From contig MU053557.1 in the NCBI GenBank assembly GCA_013239625.1, forward strand, positions 5,653,842 through 5,717,841: a DNA stretch of 64,000 nucleotides, written 5' to 3'. Under the pieces are notes generated by a model. That model was given only the letters and a program-made list of their open reading frames with translations, had not been told where the DNA came from and searched no databases. Source of the stretch: Lama guanicoe (taxonomy: Eukaryota). This document shows, in pieces, positions 60,861 to 64,000 of the stretch. Each line of letters opens with the position of its first letter. Within the stretch, counting starts at the first letter, position 1. The position numbers were made by a program, and so were the translations under genes.

Positions 60861-63800
60861 GTTAGGTAATAAAAATAAATTGACACTTCTTTCTTTGGGC
60901 TCTTAATGTATTCAGACACCCAGCAAATGTGGGGGACCCAGAGGAAAGCCCAGTTTCTCTTTACCTTGTCTTCAGGAAACACCATCTTGTACCAACTTCC
61001 CCTCCCCAGGAAATAATCTTGTGCCACATTGATGGGGTTCAACGTGATTAGAGCAGACAGTGCTGGGGCCCCTTGAAGAAGGTGGGGTTGGAGGGCTTGA
61101 AGGTGGGAGGCCTTGTAGGTGACAAGGATGGGTGCCAGGGACAAGCTGGCTGTGTTTTGGTGCTGGGGTCAGAGAATGGGTCCTTCAGAGAAGGGTGTGC
61201 ACTGGGGCTGGGGGTCAATGCATGCATGTGTGATCATGCCTTGTGATCCAGTGGGCTGAGGGGCCTCAGCTGTCACCAGTCCAGTGGACTGTCACCAGTC
61301 CAGCATCTCAATAATTTTGGTGATAATGATCATATAATTGCTGCTCACGTTTGTGGGGAGTTCATCAGTTCTTGCTGGGCACTTCCGTGTAATTTTTTTT
61401 CACGTCCATGTAATCTTATTTGGAGTAATCACCAGAGTAATCCTGGGGCCCCATTTTATAGATGAAAATACTGAGGGCTCACAGCCATAATAAGGTGGTA
61501 GATCTGGGAATTCTGTAGGGGTGCTTGGACGCATGATCTCATTGGAAGAAGGGCCGTGGGGGATTGTCTCGTTGTATTTGTGTGGCAGGCTTTCTTTATA
61601 AAGCTGCAGAAATACATATCCTGTCAAATGAGTAAATCAGGCTCTGCTGAGGGGGCGGTGATGGGGTTGTATTAGGGTGGATAGGGCTCAAGCCTCCCAG
61701 CTGGGGCCTTCACTGTAGACAGTGTCATTCTCCCAGTCTTATGGAGGGCCATTTGAGGCACAAAGAGGGCACAGTGCTGAATTCAGGGTCCTAGAGAGAG
61801 GGCAAAGGATAAAATCAGAGAGAAAAGTGGGTCTTCTTTGGTTCCATCAGAAAGGGTGAGGAGTCAAGATCAGAGCCTGCTGTCCACCTGCTGTTCTTTG
61901 CTGTCTCAGTGCCCCCAGGGTACTATCCAGGAGCCCAGGGGCTTTCCTGACACCGTGTAGGAACCCCTTCATCTCTCAATGGGGACTGGCGGCCCAGAAA
62001 GGAGCAGGGACCCACACAGGCCACATGCTGTGTCACGCGTAGGACCAGACGCAGAGGCTCTCTCTGTTCTGACCAGGGAAGGGTTTGTTTCCTGAAAACT
62101 GTCCCTGCACCCGCTCCCCTTCTTTGGCAGGCTGGGTAGCGGTAGCCCTCAGGGTGGCCCAGACCAATGCTGGGGGTGGGGATGGGTGTGTCTGGGGGAG
62201 AAAGCTGCCAAGGAGGGTGGGGCAGCATCCAAGAGGAAGAACACCAAGAAGCCCAGACCCCAGACGGAAACCAAATGTATTTTCTAGGTCCTGAGAGGAT
62301 ATTTGGAACAATGGAAGTGGGATGGGGGAAGTCAGACTATAAAAAGGGCTTCTTGATATCCTTAAAAAAAAAGAGTTGCGTCTTTAGGTTTGACTTTTGT
62401 TTCTCTGAAGGATGTTTATGTAACTTCCTGAACGCAGGATCCCAGGGTTCCGTGAAGTTTGTCAGATGCTGTTGTTTATAGACTCAGGGCTGTGGAGCTG
62501 GGAAGGACTTGATAGGATGGTCTCTCCCCTTCATAGCTGGTGAAACTGAGACCCTGAGAGGTGGCAGGTGGTTGCCTGAGGTCGCATAGTGAGGCGCGGG
62601 AGGGAGCCTGTGTCTTGCAGTGCCTCGAAGGGCTGGTTGTCTTGATTTACTATTCCCAGGGCCCCAGCTGGCCTGGAGGCTGGCAGGGACTGTGCAGGGT
62701 CCCCCCTTGGAGCCGCTCAGAGCTGCTGGAGTCGGGACAAGGCCAGTCTGCTCTGCAGCAAGGTGGGCCCTTTGGATGGTAGGGAAGAGACATGGTGTGT
62801 GCTCGGTGATGCCACCCACTTCCAGATGCTGGGGCCCAGCTGTACACCATCTGCCCAGCAGCTGGGAGCTGTGAGTCACACCCAGTGGGTGCAGGGGCGA
62901 GGGCTATTGTGTATCGTGATTCATTCTGTTCTCCCAGCCCTGAAGGAATGACTAGGCCCTGAGCTCTGATTCATGCCCACGCCTGTGGACTAAAGCGGCC
63001 GTTTGGGCTCTGAGTTCAGCTATGCGGGGCCCAGAGAGCCTGGGAGAGTCCCCCTCCTCTGCTGTCTCCTATCTCTGGAGTATTGCATGATCTGGATCCA
63101 TCCATTCTCACCAGTGCAGCATTTTGTAGGGGATTTCTGTGGATTCTTTCTCTGCAGAGAGTATCTGTAGGTTTCGTCAGGTTGTTAGAGGACTGTATCC
63201 CCCAGAGTACTGGCGGGAGGGCAGGGGGCGGCGTATGAGAGAAGGTTGCTGGAGAGGCAGTGTGGTTCTAGTCGAAAGTAGCCTGGTGGCAGCGTAGTAT
63301 TGTGGTTCACAGTGTGGTCTCCGAGGCCATTGTAGGTTTTTCTAAGCTGACTCCTCCTCTAAGCCAGCTCCTGAGTGACCTTGTGTAAGTTACTGTTTCT
63401 GTGCTTCAGTCTCCCCATCTGTAAAATGGGAAGAATAAGAATAGTTATCTCATGGTGTTACAGACTTTTAATAAGATCGTGTGTATAAAGGACTTATCCT
63501 GGTGCCTGGTACAAAGTAATCACTTGGTTAAAGTTTGCTGTTATTATCAGTTTCAGCTTTGCTGCTAATTTGCTGTGTGATCCTGTTAAGTGCCTTATCT
63601 TGGGGTCTTAGTCTCCACCTCCAGCTCTGCACTCTGTGTAGGGCTTTCCAGGAGCTGCAGGGCAAGGTTGGAGAGCAGGGGTGGGCAGGGAAGGGGGGGA
63701 GGATCTTCTGCATCCTGGGACTCCCTAGCTCAGGCCCTCACTAGTGCCTTGAACATGGCTTTGTCCTGAGGCAGGATTATGTAACCAGTGGGGCCCAGCC

Positions 63801-64000
63801 AGGCAGGACGTTATTCTCAACCTCATTTTGTCCTCCATTGTCTCTTCCTCTCCCTTCCCCCAGTGGAGCTGTTGCATTAGCTGACCTGTTCCTCAAGCTC
63901 CAGGGATGAATTGATTTAGTTCAGAGGTTTGCTGGGCAAGCGGCCCTCCAACCCTGACCCCGGTCACCTGGGGACAGAGTTGTTACTTCTGTGCCTGCTT

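Overview
Mammalian genomic DNA, probably camelid (young tRNA-derived SINEs resemble the Vic-1 family), covering the conserved CD74 - RPS14 - NDST1 block. The minus strand carries the complete 9-exon CD74 coding sequence (278 aa with the p41 thyroglobulin exon, 214 aa without) and the complete RPS14 gene (151 aa). A CpG island with a + strand non-coding first exon near 54.1-54.3 kb is assigned to NDST1 by synteny only; no NDST1 coding exon is in the window. The most notable element is a ~3.0 kb apparently full-length processed pseudogene of PHETA1/FAM109A (27402-30424, minus strand). It has a polyA signal, an A-tail and a 16-bp target-site duplication, and its disabled CDS is still a dense CpG island. 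CD74 has three MHC-II-type S-X-Y modules (promoter plus two convergent intronic copies) and lacks the human p35 start codon, with a (CAG)8 tract just downstream of that site. The rest is L1, HAL1-like, L2, MIR, hAT/Tigger remnants and microsatellites. Repeat family names and comparisons with human sequences are from memory, not from searches, and repeat boundaries are approximate. Many short MIR and L2 fragments are not listed. No prokaryote-type system (CRISPR etc.) was seen.
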